Source: Candidatus Iainarchaeum sp.
Lineage (GTDB): Archaea > Iainarchaeota > Iainarchaeia > Iainarchaeales > JAZDEL01
DNA: 64,000 bases
Reading direction: 5' to 3'
NCBI GenBank assembly: GCA_043808785.1
Contig: JAZDEL010000006.1
Span: 41,264-105,263, forward strand
How positions within the stretch are numbered: the first letter of the stretch is position 1; each line of letters opens with the position of its first letter. The position numbers and the translations under genes were made by a program. Positions 36,866 through 46,355 of the stretch are shown piece by piece. Below the pieces are notes generated by a model. That model had not been told where the DNA came from. It made no database searches and saw only the letters and a program-made list of their open reading frames with translations.

Positions 36866-37282
36866 TCAGCGCTTTTTGCGCGTGCGCATCCAGGCGCGCA
36901 TATTGAAGCGCAGGGTGTTAAAGCCACCCCTTATGCTGCGCCCAAGTTCCCTTCTGTTGAACTTCCGCACAAGCGCCTTTATTTTCTTTCCCTGCATGCC
37001 TGAAATCTCAAAAACGCCCCTTTCTTTATCGAACGCAATTTCCGCGCCCCCGGAGCGGATAAAACGCATAAATTTATCTATATCATTTGCCCTTTTTGCG
37101 CGCCCGTTCGCATACAGCACATCAGGCCTGTTTTCTTCAGGAAATATTGCGCCATAGCGCAGATAGTAAAACGGGCCGATATACTCCCTGTCGCGGTGTG
37201 CGCTCAGCCTACCACCCCTAATCCTCGGGGCTTTCTCCCGCTCTTTTGTGTTTGGCATTGCAAATAGAATGTGTTTGCACAA
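36866..37282 (-). CDS. hypothetical protein with weak GIY-YIG-like signature
   Basis: FYYLRYGAIF...VLYANGRAKRANDIDKFMRF... Confidence 0.3.
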   Translation of the reverse strand: MCKHILFAMPNTKEREKAPRIRGGRLSAHRDREYIGPFYYLRYGAIFPEENRPDVLYANGRAKRANDIDKFMRFIRSGGAEIAFDKERGVFEISGMQGKKIKALVRKFNRRELGRSIRGGFNTLRFNMRAWMRTRKKR

Positions 37283-37517
37283 ATATAATGCTTTCGGAGG
37301 AGGTATAGTTATGTATAACCTAACTACATAACCCTGCTCCCGAGCGCCGATATTTGCGCTCCCTTAAAAAAATATTTTCGCGGAGCGCTAATTGGCGCTG
37401 CCAATTGCGCCCATTTTGGCACGCAATTCGGCTTGAGCCGAATGCGCCCATTTGGCAACAGCCAAATAGGGTGAGCCAAAATAGGGCGCAAGCGCGCCCC
37501 GCAAGAAAAAGCCTTAT

Positions 37518-37880
37518 TCAGCCTTCCACAATAAGCTGCATATCCTTGGCGTATGTCCTGTCCACGAACTTCCAGTCCTTGTGGTGTTCCGTTACGCGCA
37601 TCCGCACATCCAGTTCACCCGGGTCGGCAAGCGCCTTCGGGTAAATATCGTAATAGAACCTTTTCCCCTCCCCAGGCGCAAGGCCCTCTATCCTCTCCAC
37701 CTTGCTCCTTACAATTCCGCTCTTGTCGAAAGACAGCAGCCTTGCAAGCGCAAGCTCCATGCTAACCAATTCGTTCCTGTCTCCCCTGTTCTCCACCTCA
37801 ACCGTGAGCTGAACCGGCTTTTTGTCCCTGAGCTTCAGCCTGAACGGATGAAAATGTGTCTTTATGCTCAGCATTTCCAC
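37518..37880 (-). CDS. hypothetical protein
   Basis: 120-aa ORF. Confidence 0.4.
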   Translation of the reverse strand: MEMLSIKTHFHPFRLKLRDKKPVQLTVEVENRGDRNELVSMELALARLLSFDKSGIVRSKVERIEGLAPGEGKRFYYDIYPKALADPGELDVRMRVTEHHKDWKFVDRTYAKDMQLIVEG

Positions 37881-38173
37881 ACCCCCGTTTTAAAAAATCC
37901 CCAACCGTTCCGATTTGGTTCGTTGCGGTTCGCCGCAATTTGCCGAACCCAACCACCCGCGCGGTTTGGTTTTGGTTTTCCCGATTAATATTCTTGCCGA
38001 GAGTGCTTAAAAAACAATATCTTGGTTTTTCCGCGCGCGCAAACCCCGAAAAATGCGCGCGTTTTTTGGTTTTTATTGCGGTTTCCTTTCCGCAGGCTCC
38101 CGCAAACCTTTAAATACAGGTTGCGGAATAATTAATTGGAAACGGAAAAAGTCTTTTTGCCTGCAGGAATGGT

Positions 38174-38665
38174 TTGGAGCTGCCAACAATGCCAAAATCA
38201 GAATTTCCCGAAGCCGCGCTTGTTCGCAGCGCCTTTACAATCCGCGAAATGGATTTTCCCCCCGAAATAGCAATGACAAAGCGCTCCCTCCTGCGCTGGT
38301 TTGCCCTTTCCTCGGGGTTAATTTCCGAGCGCGAATCCCGCTCCACAATCCTTGATGTGCTCGACGCCCTATTCTGCATGCAGATAACGCACGCAAAGGA
38401 GCCAACCTCCAACGAAATCCGCCTCTTCATGGACGAACGCGGAAAAAAAATCTCGGACAAGCTTCTGCGCTATCACCTGAAGCGTATGCACGATTTGGGC
38501 CTTATCCACAGGAAGCGCCTGCGTTATTCCTTTGCGCACGCGCCCAATGCTGACCGCTCCGACCTGAAAGCGGGCTTTAACCACAACATCACGCGCAAGG
38601 TTCACGCATCCCTTGCCGCAACGGAGAACGCGTTCGAAAGGCTTGGGATGAGCTATAAAAAATAA
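38174..38665 (+). CDS. winged-helix transcriptional regulator
   Basis: LRYHLKRMHDLGLIHRKRLRYSF recognition-helix/wing-like segment. Confidence 0.45.
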   Translation: MELPTMPKSEFPEAALVRSAFTIREMDFPPEIAMTKRSLLRWFALSSGLISERESRSTILDVLDALFCMQITHAKEPTSNEIRLFMDERGKKISDKLLRYHLKRMHDLGLIHRKRLRYSFAHAPNADRSDLKAGFNHNITRKVHASLAATENAFERLGMSYKK

Positions 38666-38683
38666 TCCCCGCAACTTTTATTC

Positions 38684-39547
38684 ATGCACTCAATCATAGT
38701 TTCCCGCACGGATAAGGCTGGCATGAACATTGCGCAGCGCCTTATCGAGTTCCACGGGTTTGCGGAAACAAACGAGAAATTCCTCGGGGAAGCAATTTAC
38801 AAAACCCAAAACAACAAAAACCCGCACGCGCGCGATTTTCAGTTGGTTTTTATCAAGCGCGAGCAGATTTTCGCCGACGAGTTAAACTCGCTCGAAACAG
38901 ATTTCTTCATCTTCGCCTCCAAGCACCGCTCCGAATCAGGGCGCCCAACGCTCACGGCGCACGGGATAGGGAACTGGGGGGAAGACGCAAGTTTTGGGGG
39001 GAAGCAAAGAACGCTCGTGCCCACCTCCGCGAATTTGCTCAAGAATTATTTGCTTGGTTTGCAGGAGCAGAAGGAAACCCTCAAAAACAAAAACGCACTC
39101 GCTGGTTATGATGTAATGTTAGAGGTAACACACCACGGCCCGTTCCTCGAGAAACCCGCGGTTTTCATCGAGCTCGGCTCCTCAGAGGGACAATGGAAGG
39201 ACGAAACTGCGGCACGCGCGGTTGCGGATGTTGTTATGTATAAAACCTTTGCCAAACCGGCGGAAAAACAAATTCCCGCAATCGGTTTGGGCGGCGGCCA
39301 TTACGCGCAGGAATTCTCGAAACTCGTTCTCCGCAAAAATTACGCGCTCTCGCACATCGTTCCCGAGTATGCGCTCCCCAATTTCGATGCCGAAATGCTG
39401 CGCAAGGCAATCGCATGCACCCTTGAACCGGTGCAGGAAATCGTTGTCGACTGGAAAGGTCTGGGCAAGGAAAAAGCGCGCATCAGGGCGCTCCTTGAGG
39501 AGCAGGAACTGCCTGCGGTCGACGCCAGAAAACTGCTAAGGGGATGA
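38684..39547 (+). CDS. dtdA: D-aminoacyl-tRNA deacylase, archaeal DTD2 type
   Basis: MHSIIVSRTDKAGMNIA... N-terminus and overall length (287 aa) match the DTD2 family. Confidence 0.8.
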   Translation: MHSIIVSRTDKAGMNIAQRLIEFHGFAETNEKFLGEAIYKTQNNKNPHARDFQLVFIKREQIFADELNSLETDFFIFASKHRSESGRPTLTAHGIGNWGEDASFGGKQRTLVPTSANLLKNYLLGLQEQKETLKNKNALAGYDVMLEVTHHGPFLEKPAVFIELGSSEGQWKDETAARAVADVVMYKTFAKPAEKQIPAIGLGGGHYAQEFSKLVLRKNYALSHIVPEYALPNFDAEMLRKAIACTLEPVQEIVVDWKGLGKEKARIRALLEEQELPAVDARKLLRG

Positions 39548-39575
39548 ATTCAGCCCCTCTTCAGCAAAGGAAAAT

Positions 39576-40115
39576 TCACAAATTCTGCCGCATCCAGACG
39601 TGGCTTATAACCTTGCCAAGCGCTTCCCTGAACCAGGGCGCGTATTTATCGGGATTCCTCTTTACGTCCTTCTGCAGTTCCGTTACATCCACAAACTTCC
39701 ATTCCGCGACTTCCCCGGGGTTTGCATCTACCTTCCCGTCGTAAGTGCCCGAGAACACCTGGTCCATCTCGCTCTCGCTGCCCCTATCCCCGTATGCAGC
39801 CCTGTACTGGAACTTGAACAGCGGCCTAAGGCGAGTTGTGAACCCCAATTCATCCTTCAGGCGCTTCTCCGCAGCCTCGGCATAACCCTCCCCTTCTTTA
39901 GGGTGCGAGCAGCACGCGTTCGCCCAGTAGCCGGGCCAGAGCCTCTTGCCCTCCGCCCTCTTTTGAATCAGCATCTCCCCGTTGCCGTTGAATATGAATA
40001 CCGAAAACGCCCTGTGCAGCTTCCCCCTGCCGTCGTGCGCCTTTCCTTTGTCCTCGTACCCTATTATATTGTCGCTTTTATCCACAAGCGTTACCATTTC
40101 CTTCTTCTCAGCCAT
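39576..40115 (-). CDS. idi: isopentenyl-diphosphate delta-isomerase, type 1 (Nudix)
   Basis: HRAFSVFIFNGNGEMLIQKRAEGKRLWPGYWANACCSHP...GE...ELG motifs. 179 aa. Confidence 0.85.
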   Translation of the reverse strand: MAEKKEMVTLVDKSDNIIGYEDKGKAHDGRGKLHRAFSVFIFNGNGEMLIQKRAEGKRLWPGYWANACCSHPKEGEGYAEAAEKRLKDELGFTTRLRPLFKFQYRAAYGDRGSESEMDQVFSGTYDGKVDANPGEVAEWKFVDVTELQKDVKRNPDKYAPWFREALGKVISHVWMRQNL

Positions 40116-40144
40116 TTTCCCAACCCCTTTAAGCCCCCGATTGC

Positions 40145-40996
40145 CTATTCCAGCGCAATCTCAGTTCCTATGCAGTTTTTACCCCCCAACAGGAGATACA
40201 GATTATTAGTGCCATTCAGATTAAAAACCACGGCACTTGTGCCTTTCATGTGCATTTCAAGGTTTTCCAGCTTCCCCCGCATGCCGCTGGTTACATCCGT
40301 TGCCTTTGAACCGCCAACCCCGCGCAAAACCGCGCGGAAATTCGAGTTTGTTATTTTTTTAATTATTTTCGCCCCCCCTGCGGCAATCCTGCCCGCGTTT
40401 TTGTTTTCCCCGCCAAAACCCGCCTTTGGTTCCGCTGCATACACCCCCTCGACATCGGTCCCGAAAAAAACCTTCTTTGCATGCAGTTTTTTCGCGAGGT
40501 AAGCAGCAATCGCGTCCCCGCTGACAACGCTCGCGCCGAGTTTGGAGTCGAGTACCATATCCCCATACATAATTGGCACGACAAACCCGTCCATCTTAAT
40601 CAAACCCCCGACCAAACCCGTATCGAAGCGGGTTATTTTTTTGTTTTTCTGGGTTATGCACGCGCTCGCTTGGGAAGGGAAGGCAAGCAGCCCTTCCTCG
40701 TTGAAAATTTCAACAACCTTCGCGCACAGCCTTTCCATCGAATTGTGCGTTTCCACGAAACCCTTAACCTGCTCCTTAGTGCGCACGCCGTTGTTTATTC
40801 CATATTTTTCAACAGGCACGTGCCCGAAAGGCCCCGCGCCCAAAACAATGATGAGTTTGAATTTTTTCTCAGCGGAGGCGCGCTTAATTTCCTGCGCGAT
40901 GCGCCTCACGGCATCTTCCCTTACCCTTGCTTCCCCCGAAGCCTTGTCCGTGATGACGCTTCCCCCTAATTTGGTTATGTATAAGTTAGCGCTCAT
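40145..40996 (-). CDS. isopentenyl phosphate kinase (amino-acid kinase family)
   Basis: KLGGSVITDK, LGAGPFGH, DVTSGM. Confidence 0.75.
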   Translation of the reverse strand: MSANLYITKLGGSVITDKASGEARVREDAVRRIAQEIKRASAEKKFKLIIVLGAGPFGHVPVEKYGINNGVRTKEQVKGFVETHNSMERLCAKVVEIFNEEGLLAFPSQASACITQKNKKITRFDTGLVGGLIKMDGFVVPIMYGDMVLDSKLGASVVSGDAIAAYLAKKLHAKKVFFGTDVEGVYAAEPKAGFGGENKNAGRIAAGGAKIIKKITNSNFRAVLRGVGGSKATDVTSGMRGKLENLEMHMKGTSAVVFNLNGTNNLYLLLGGKNCIGTEIALE

Positions 40997-41385
40997 TTTA
41001 TTATCACTGTTCCTTTATCCGCATCAACCTCAACCATGCTTCCGCTTTTTATTTTTTCAATTTCAATCTTATCCACGCACGGCACGCCCGAGATTATCGC
41101 CCCCACGGCAACAATTGTTTCGCACTCGGCGTTAACAATCGCGGCGGGCGCCTTGCCGTTCTTCTTCAATCTGTAAAGCGTGTAAGAGCCCACTGTGCTC
41201 CCCTTTCCCTGCGGGAACACAAGAACCTTTCCCGAAACGCTTTTCCCCTCCAAATCGTGCCCCTTTTCAACAACCTTGCCTGTATCAGGGTCCACGCCCC
41301 CGTAAAAGGAAATCCCCATCTTCGAAACAAGCGCCTCGCCCTTTGCTTTTCCAGGGGAGATTTTCCTGCCTTTGAGTTCGGTCAT
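40993..41385 (-). CDS. phosphomevalonate dehydratase small subunit (aconitase X swivel domain, DUF126)
   Basis: 130 aa with a GKAKGEALVS...GDSGSH-like swivel pattern. 4-nt overlap with the large subunit. Confidence 0.7.
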   Translation of the reverse strand: MTELKGRKISPGKAKGEALVSKMGISFYGGVDPDTGKVVEKGHDLEGKSVSGKVLVFPQGKGSTVGSYTLYRLKKNGKAPAAIVNAECETIVAVGAIISGVPCVDKIEIEKIKSGSMVEVDADKGTVIIK

Positions 41386-42587
41386 TCAGTTGCCTCCTTT
41401 ACACAGGCATCCAAATCACGCATTTTAACCTTGAACCCGTGCTTCCCCGAGCAATAATACGCACTCTTCGCTGAATTAGTCGCAATGCATTTGAACCTTC
41501 CCTTTATTGGGGCAACAACCATGCATGTGTCGCACGCGAATTTTGCGCCAGCGCGCTCGATTTTCTCAGTGTAACCCATCGTGTCCGCGATTTTCTTAGT
41601 AGGCCTCGCTGTGCAAACCCAGAACTCCTTCCCCGCCTTTACCTTTTTCCCTTCGAGCAGTTCCGCAAGTTTTGCAATTTCCTTTATGCTCGCGTGCGGG
41701 CAGCCTATGCTTATTATGTCCGCGGCTTCCGAAGGGGAGGCGGTATTCATCTTCGCCTTTGCCTCATCAATATCCTTGCGCGAAACAGCAAAACTCTCGC
41801 CCGGAGTTTTTGTTTTATCAGGGGTTACCCTCTCCATATGGAACATCGCGGTTCCGCCATAAGTGGCAATGCTCGCGCTCAAACTCTTGAGTTCCTCGAT
41901 TGAAGCATTTTTAACCCCGATAATTAGCGGAATTTTGTTTTTTATTTTATTCCCAATCACGTGTCCAAGTGCGCCGAAATCCGTCTCGCCATTAAGTTCA
42001 GTTTCAACAGTTACCTTAACCTGTGCCTGCCTGTTCTCGTCAAGATGCAGGCCGAATTCGGGCGTTCTTCCCGCAATCGCGGCTGCAATCGCGCTTGGGC
42101 CGCCCTCCCTGTTAGTGCGCGCGCCGAGAACCGAGTTAGCAAAGCACACAGCGCTCGACTCGCTCCATGCAATATGCTCCCCGAACCTCGGCAAATTCCC
42201 GATTAGGTAAGGGGTGCAGGTACAAGTAGTTACAATCCCCATCTTCCTGAAAGCGTCAATAACTAATTTTTGCTTTTTCGCAAACTCGGGCGGAATGCCA
42301 AGTGCCTCCCAGTTCTCCAAATCCATCCCCGCAGGGTTAAGCGTTGTCAGCACCCTTACCATGCCATCCTTCGCCATTTCATCAAGGAATTCCAGCCCCG
42401 CATCCCCGAGGTTATCATAAGAAACCCCTGCAACCTGCACGCTTGCAACAGGCACCATCCTCTCCGCGCCGAAAATCTCCCCGAGCGCAACGAGAATTTC
42501 CATGCTCTTCTTTGCCGCGTTCCCGTGCTTTCCAGCGAGCATTTCCTGCTCTTCTTTTGTAAGTTGCATGCTTTTTCCCTTCTGCAC
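41382..42587 (-). CDS. phosphomevalonate dehydratase large subunit (aconitase X catalytic domain, DUF521)
   Basis: 401 aa with conserved Cys cluster region TTCTCTPY. Confidence 0.7.
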   Translation of the reverse strand: MQKGKSMQLTKEEQEMLAGKHGNAAKKSMEILVALGEIFGAERMVPVASVQVAGVSYDNLGDAGLEFLDEMAKDGMVRVLTTLNPAGMDLENWEALGIPPEFAKKQKLVIDAFRKMGIVTTCTCTPYLIGNLPRFGEHIAWSESSAVCFANSVLGARTNREGGPSAIAAAIAGRTPEFGLHLDENRQAQVKVTVETELNGETDFGALGHVIGNKIKNKIPLIIGVKNASIEELKSLSASIATYGGTAMFHMERVTPDKTKTPGESFAVSRKDIDEAKAKMNTASPSEAADIISIGCPHASIKEIAKLAELLEGKKVKAGKEFWVCTARPTKKIADTMGYTEKIERAGAKFACDTCMVVAPIKGRFKCIATNSAKSAYYCSGKHGFKVKMRDLDACVKEATE

Positions 42588-42604
42588 AAAAACAATGTTG
42601 AACC

Positions 42605-43342
42605 TTATATTAATGGTTTCTTCATCTTAAGGAACCCTGTTGGGCGCCTTTTCACCCTTAAGTCCCTTTGCGGGAAATGTTCGTAAATCGGCGTGTTGTT
42701 CCGTCTCGTTTCCAGCGCAAGCCTAGCCTTTTGATAGTTGTCAATCAGTGCATTTAGTTCCTTTTTCGGCACATTTCCTGCGGCGTGCGCTTGCTGGATT
42801 TTTTTGTGCAGGCTGAGTAATTCCCATTCAAGCCTGCCGACTTTTTGAGAGGGCGGGATTATGTGTTCAGCGGCATGGCTCTCAATAGCCGATTTGAGCC
42901 CGACAGGCATTTCCGTGGACGGTTTGCCAATTTTTTTCTTCCGCTGCCCGAGTTTCCTTGCAACTTTGTTTATTTCATTTAACGAATGTACTAGCAGGTC
43001 GTTTAACGAAACGAAGTGCACTCCGCTGCCCTTGAGGGCCGCCTTCGCTATATTTTTGTAGTCCGCGGGCGCAGCGGTATATGCAATAACCGTGCTTTTT
43101 TTGGCGGCAGACCTCAGAAAAGGTTCAAGGAAAACAATGTGTGGCCACTTGTCATGGAATAAATCTGACATAACAACATCAAAGGTTTTACTTTGTATCA
43201 GCCCATTTGCCTTCGTAAAGTCGTCACACACGGTTATTTCGCAATTAGCCCACTTCTTCATATAAGAAACGAGCGACTCCGACAACTTCGGGCTGTCTTC
43301 CACAAGCAGGACTTTTGGCACCCCCGTCTTTTGCTTTGCCAC
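42605..43342 (-). CDS. response regulator (CheY-like receiver + C-terminal helical domain)
   Basis: KVLLVEDSP...DVVMSDL receiver motifs. Embedded in the mevalonate gene string. Confidence 0.65.
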   Translation of the reverse strand: MAKQKTGVPKVLLVEDSPKLSESLVSYMKKWANCEITVCDDFTKANGLIQSKTFDVVMSDLFHDKWPHIVFLEPFLRSAAKKSTVIAYTAAPADYKNIAKAALKGSGVHFVSLNDLLVHSLNEINKVARKLGQRKKKIGKPSTEMPVGLKSAIESHAAEHIIPPSQKVGRLEWELLSLHKKIQQAHAAGNVPKKELNALIDNYQKARLALETRRNNTPIYEHFPQRDLRVKRRPTGFLKMKKPLI

Positions 43343-43344
43343 AG

Positions 43345-44652
43345 TTAGTTCCCCTTCAAAAATTTGCCAATGTCAACCTTCGGCACAGGCACCTTTGAAA
43401 AATCCTTCCCGTGCGCAACTATGGGCTTCGTCATGTCGAACCCCGCCTTGCACGTCGCCCTCGTGTTCGGGTCCGCGCTCGGGTCTATGCTCGACCCTTT
43501 TTCATTCGGCTTCATAACGAAATCCTTGTCCGCCTGGAAGCGCGTTGACATCGCCCACTCGACATCCTGCGGATTGTAGATGTTTATGTCGTCATCAACA
43601 ACAAAAACATGCTTGCACGACCTGTGCCCGCGCATTGCGGCTTCAATAGCCCTCTTCCCGTCCTCTTCCGCGCGCTTCTGTATCTGCACAATCACGTGCA
43701 GCCACGAGCACCCGCCCGTGCTTACAAAAACATCCCTGCATTTCACGCCCGCCTTCTCCACTTCCTTGAATACCGTGGGCTCCTTAGGCATCCCCATCAG
43801 CAGCCTGTGCTCGTAATATGAGGAAAGAAGCGCGTGGTAAATAGGGTTCTTCCTGTGCGTGATTTTCTTCACCTCAAAAACAGGCTGCTCCCTCTGCACG
43901 TCCATGGTTCCCGTCAAATCAACAAACGGCCCCTCCTTCGCGGTTTCCTTTGTGAAGCGCCCTTCAAGGACGAACTCGGCGTCGGCGGGAACCATGACGT
44001 CCGTGCTTTTTGCTTTTGTTATTTTCAATGGTTCAAGCGTGTTTGCAATCGTGAACTCGTCGATGCCGAGGTCCACGGATGTCGCCCCCGCAAGCAGCAC
44101 ATTCGGGCTCATGCCTATGCAGAACGCGGCATCAAGTTCTCCGTCATTGCGCTTTATGAACTCGTTCAGGTGCCTCTCAAGTATGCGCATCGTGAACTTA
44201 TTTTTCCCAATCTGCAGCGCCCTGTGGAAAGAAAGGTTCATTCCCGCCTCGCGGTCGCGTGCAAAGACAATGCCGGCCGTAACATAGTTGCCTGCTTCCC
44301 CCCCGAAGTGGTGCAGCAGCGGCAGCTTGTCAAGGTCAACAGGCATCTCCATTTCCTTGCATGGCGCGTCCTTCACAACCGCAGGCTCCGTCCTTGCATC
44401 CAGCGCCCTAATCATGCGCGGAATTAATTCCCGTGTTTTTATCCCGAAATACTCCGCAATCAAATCCTTCGTGCTGAAAAAATTCGCGGCAGTCCGTATT
44501 CCCGTTCCCCCGATATCCTCGAAAACCATCGGCTGTTCCGGCATTGCAGCCATTATCCCCGCAGCCTCGAACTTCTTCGAAACCTTGCCTGAAATTTTCC
44601 TGACCCTGCCCTGCTTCTCCAATTTTGCAACGAACTCCCTGAAACCCATCAT
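43345..44652 (-). CDS. UbiD-family decarboxylase, probable trans-anhydromevalonate-5-phosphate decarboxylase
   Basis: UbiD-like sequence, 435 aa, next to ubiX and the mevalonate genes. Confidence 0.75.
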   Translation of the reverse strand: MMGFREFVAKLEKQGRVRKISGKVSKKFEAAGIMAAMPEQPMVFEDIGGTGIRTAANFFSTKDLIAEYFGIKTRELIPRMIRALDARTEPAVVKDAPCKEMEMPVDLDKLPLLHHFGGEAGNYVTAGIVFARDREAGMNLSFHRALQIGKNKFTMRILERHLNEFIKRNDGELDAAFCIGMSPNVLLAGATSVDLGIDEFTIANTLEPLKITKAKSTDVMVPADAEFVLEGRFTKETAKEGPFVDLTGTMDVQREQPVFEVKKITHRKNPIYHALLSSYYEHRLLMGMPKEPTVFKEVEKAGVKCRDVFVSTGGCSWLHVIVQIQKRAEEDGKRAIEAAMRGHRSCKHVFVVDDDINIYNPQDVEWAMSTRFQADKDFVMKPNEKGSSIDPSADPNTRATCKAGFDMTKPIVAHGKDFSKVPVPKVDIGKFLKGN

Positions 44653-44700
44653 GAACCCTCCAAACCATTGCCGCGTTTTTTGTTTTGTTATTTTGTTTTT

Positions 44701-45303
44701 TTATTTCCGATTCCCCGCAATTGCTTGCTTTCCTTCCCAGCGCCTGTAAAGGTTGTTCTCCAACCCAATTAAATCCATAACCTTCCCCGCAACAAAGTTC
44801 TCCAAATCGCCTATGGTTTTGGGTTTGTGGTAAAACCCGGGGCTGAGCGGAAAGACAATCCCTCCGGCAACCGCAATCTTGTGCAGGTTCTCGAGTGCGG
44901 GTGCGCTCAGCGGAGTCTCCCTCACGCACACGACCAGCGGCTTCCTTGTGCGCAGCATGTTGTCGGCACAGCGCGTTATAAGCGTGTTTGTGTACGCATT
45001 AGCAATCCCCGAGCACGTCTTCACGCTCGTGGGAACAACAACCATTGCATCCACTTTAAACGAGGTGCTTGAAACCTTTGCCCCCATCTCCTTTTCCGAG
45101 TAGTGGAAGTGCGCCAGTTCTTTTATTTGCTTTGCCCCAATGTTCGCTTCGGCCTTAACCAGTTCCTCCGCCCACTCGCTCATTATCAGGTGCATCTCAA
45201 CGCCCCTTTCCTTCCCCAGCGCCTTAAGCAGTGCAACCGCGTAATTCACTCCAGATGCGCCGCTCATTGCAATAATTATCCTGCGCTTAGCCATGTCACA
45301 CAC
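44701..45303 (-). CDS. ubiX: flavin prenyltransferase UbiX
   Basis: IIIAMSGASGVNYAVALLKAL, 200 aa. Confidence 0.85.
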   Translation of the reverse strand: MCDMAKRRIIIAMSGASGVNYAVALLKALGKERGVEMHLIMSEWAEELVKAEANIGAKQIKELAHFHYSEKEMGAKVSSTSFKVDAMVVVPTSVKTCSGIANAYTNTLITRCADNMLRTRKPLVVCVRETPLSAPALENLHKIAVAGGIVFPLSPGFYHKPKTIGDLENFVAGKVMDLIGLENNLYRRWEGKQAIAGNRK

Positions 45304-46234
45304 CGATTCTTGTTTTCACACTCGAATATCCGAGTTTTTCAATCGCTTCCGCAACCTTCCCCTGCAGGTCCTTCCCTGGCGTGAGCGCAACCATAAGCCC
45401 GCCCCTTCCTGTGCCTGTCAATTTTGCCCCCAGTGCCCCCGCACCGCGCGCGGCACCAACCATCTCATCCAACTCATCACAACTAACCGTAATTTTTTGC
45501 AGGAGTCCGTGGTTTTTGTTCATCAGACCGCCAACCTTTTTGAAGTCGGAAGCAAGCAGGGCTTTTTTCGCCTCCTCCGCAATTTTTTCATACTCATCAA
45601 AAACCTTCGCGGTTTCGTTTGGTTTTTCATCCTTAAGCCTGCGCACGTCAGCAATCACTTCCTTAGTGCTGCTTGTCCTCCCGCTGTTGCCTAGCACAAT
45701 CTCCACAGGCTTCTCCATTTTCAGTTTCTCCATTTCGTTCTTCCCCCCATCAGCGCCCTTCCTGAAAACAATCATCCCGCCGTAAACCGCCGCGGTATTG
45801 TCAATCCCGCTCGGCGTGCCGTGCGGCCCCTTCTCGCCCTCATATGCGGCCTCGTTTATTTTCTCATTATTCCGGCCCATTTTGAACTCGTCATCAATCG
45901 CCCGTGCAAGCGCGGTAGCGCACGCCGCGCTCGCCCCCACGCCCGAAGCCGCAACCAATGTTCCGCCAAGCGTGATGCGCACCTGCTCCTTCACGCCCAT
46001 GAACGCAAGCACATTCTCAATCAGCGCCTCGTATTCCCCGCGCTTCTGAACCTTATACCCCGGTGTTTCGGGCCTGTTGTCAACAAGTTCGTATTTTTTC
46101 CCGTTTGCCAATTTCACGCGCCCGACCTTGGCAGTTGTCGCATCCCCGAGCGCGCACGCAATCGCGGACATTCCATAAACAACGAAATGTTCGCCGAAAA
46201 GGATTGTTTTCCCGAAGCCCGAACCAGTGCCCAT
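45296..46234 (-). CDS. mvk: mevalonate kinase (GHMP kinase)
   Basis: GKTILFGEHFVVYG N-terminus and GHMP motif. Start set to the internal ATG at 46234. Confidence 0.8.
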   Translation of the reverse strand: MGTGSGFGKTILFGEHFVVYGMSAIACALGDATTAKVGRVKLANGKKYELVDNRPETPGYKVQKRGEYEALIENVLAFMGVKEQVRITLGGTLVAASGVGASAACATALARAIDDEFKMGRNNEKINEAAYEGEKGPHGTPSGIDNTAAVYGGMIVFRKGADGGKNEMEKLKMEKPVEIVLGNSGRTSSTKEVIADVRRLKDEKPNETAKVFDEYEKIAEEAKKALLASDFKKVGGLMNKNHGLLQKITVSCDELDEMVGAARGAGALGAKLTGTGRGGLMVALTPGKDLQGKVAEAIEKLGYSSVKTRIGV

Positions 46235-46355
46235 TGCAACCAACCGCGCCCAAAAAACCAAACCGCCATCCAAAAAACAGAAAACGGTTTTTTGTTTTTC
46301 GTTTCCGCCAACCAAGAAACCAAATGCGTTTTTGTTTTTTTATTTCCGCTTCCCC

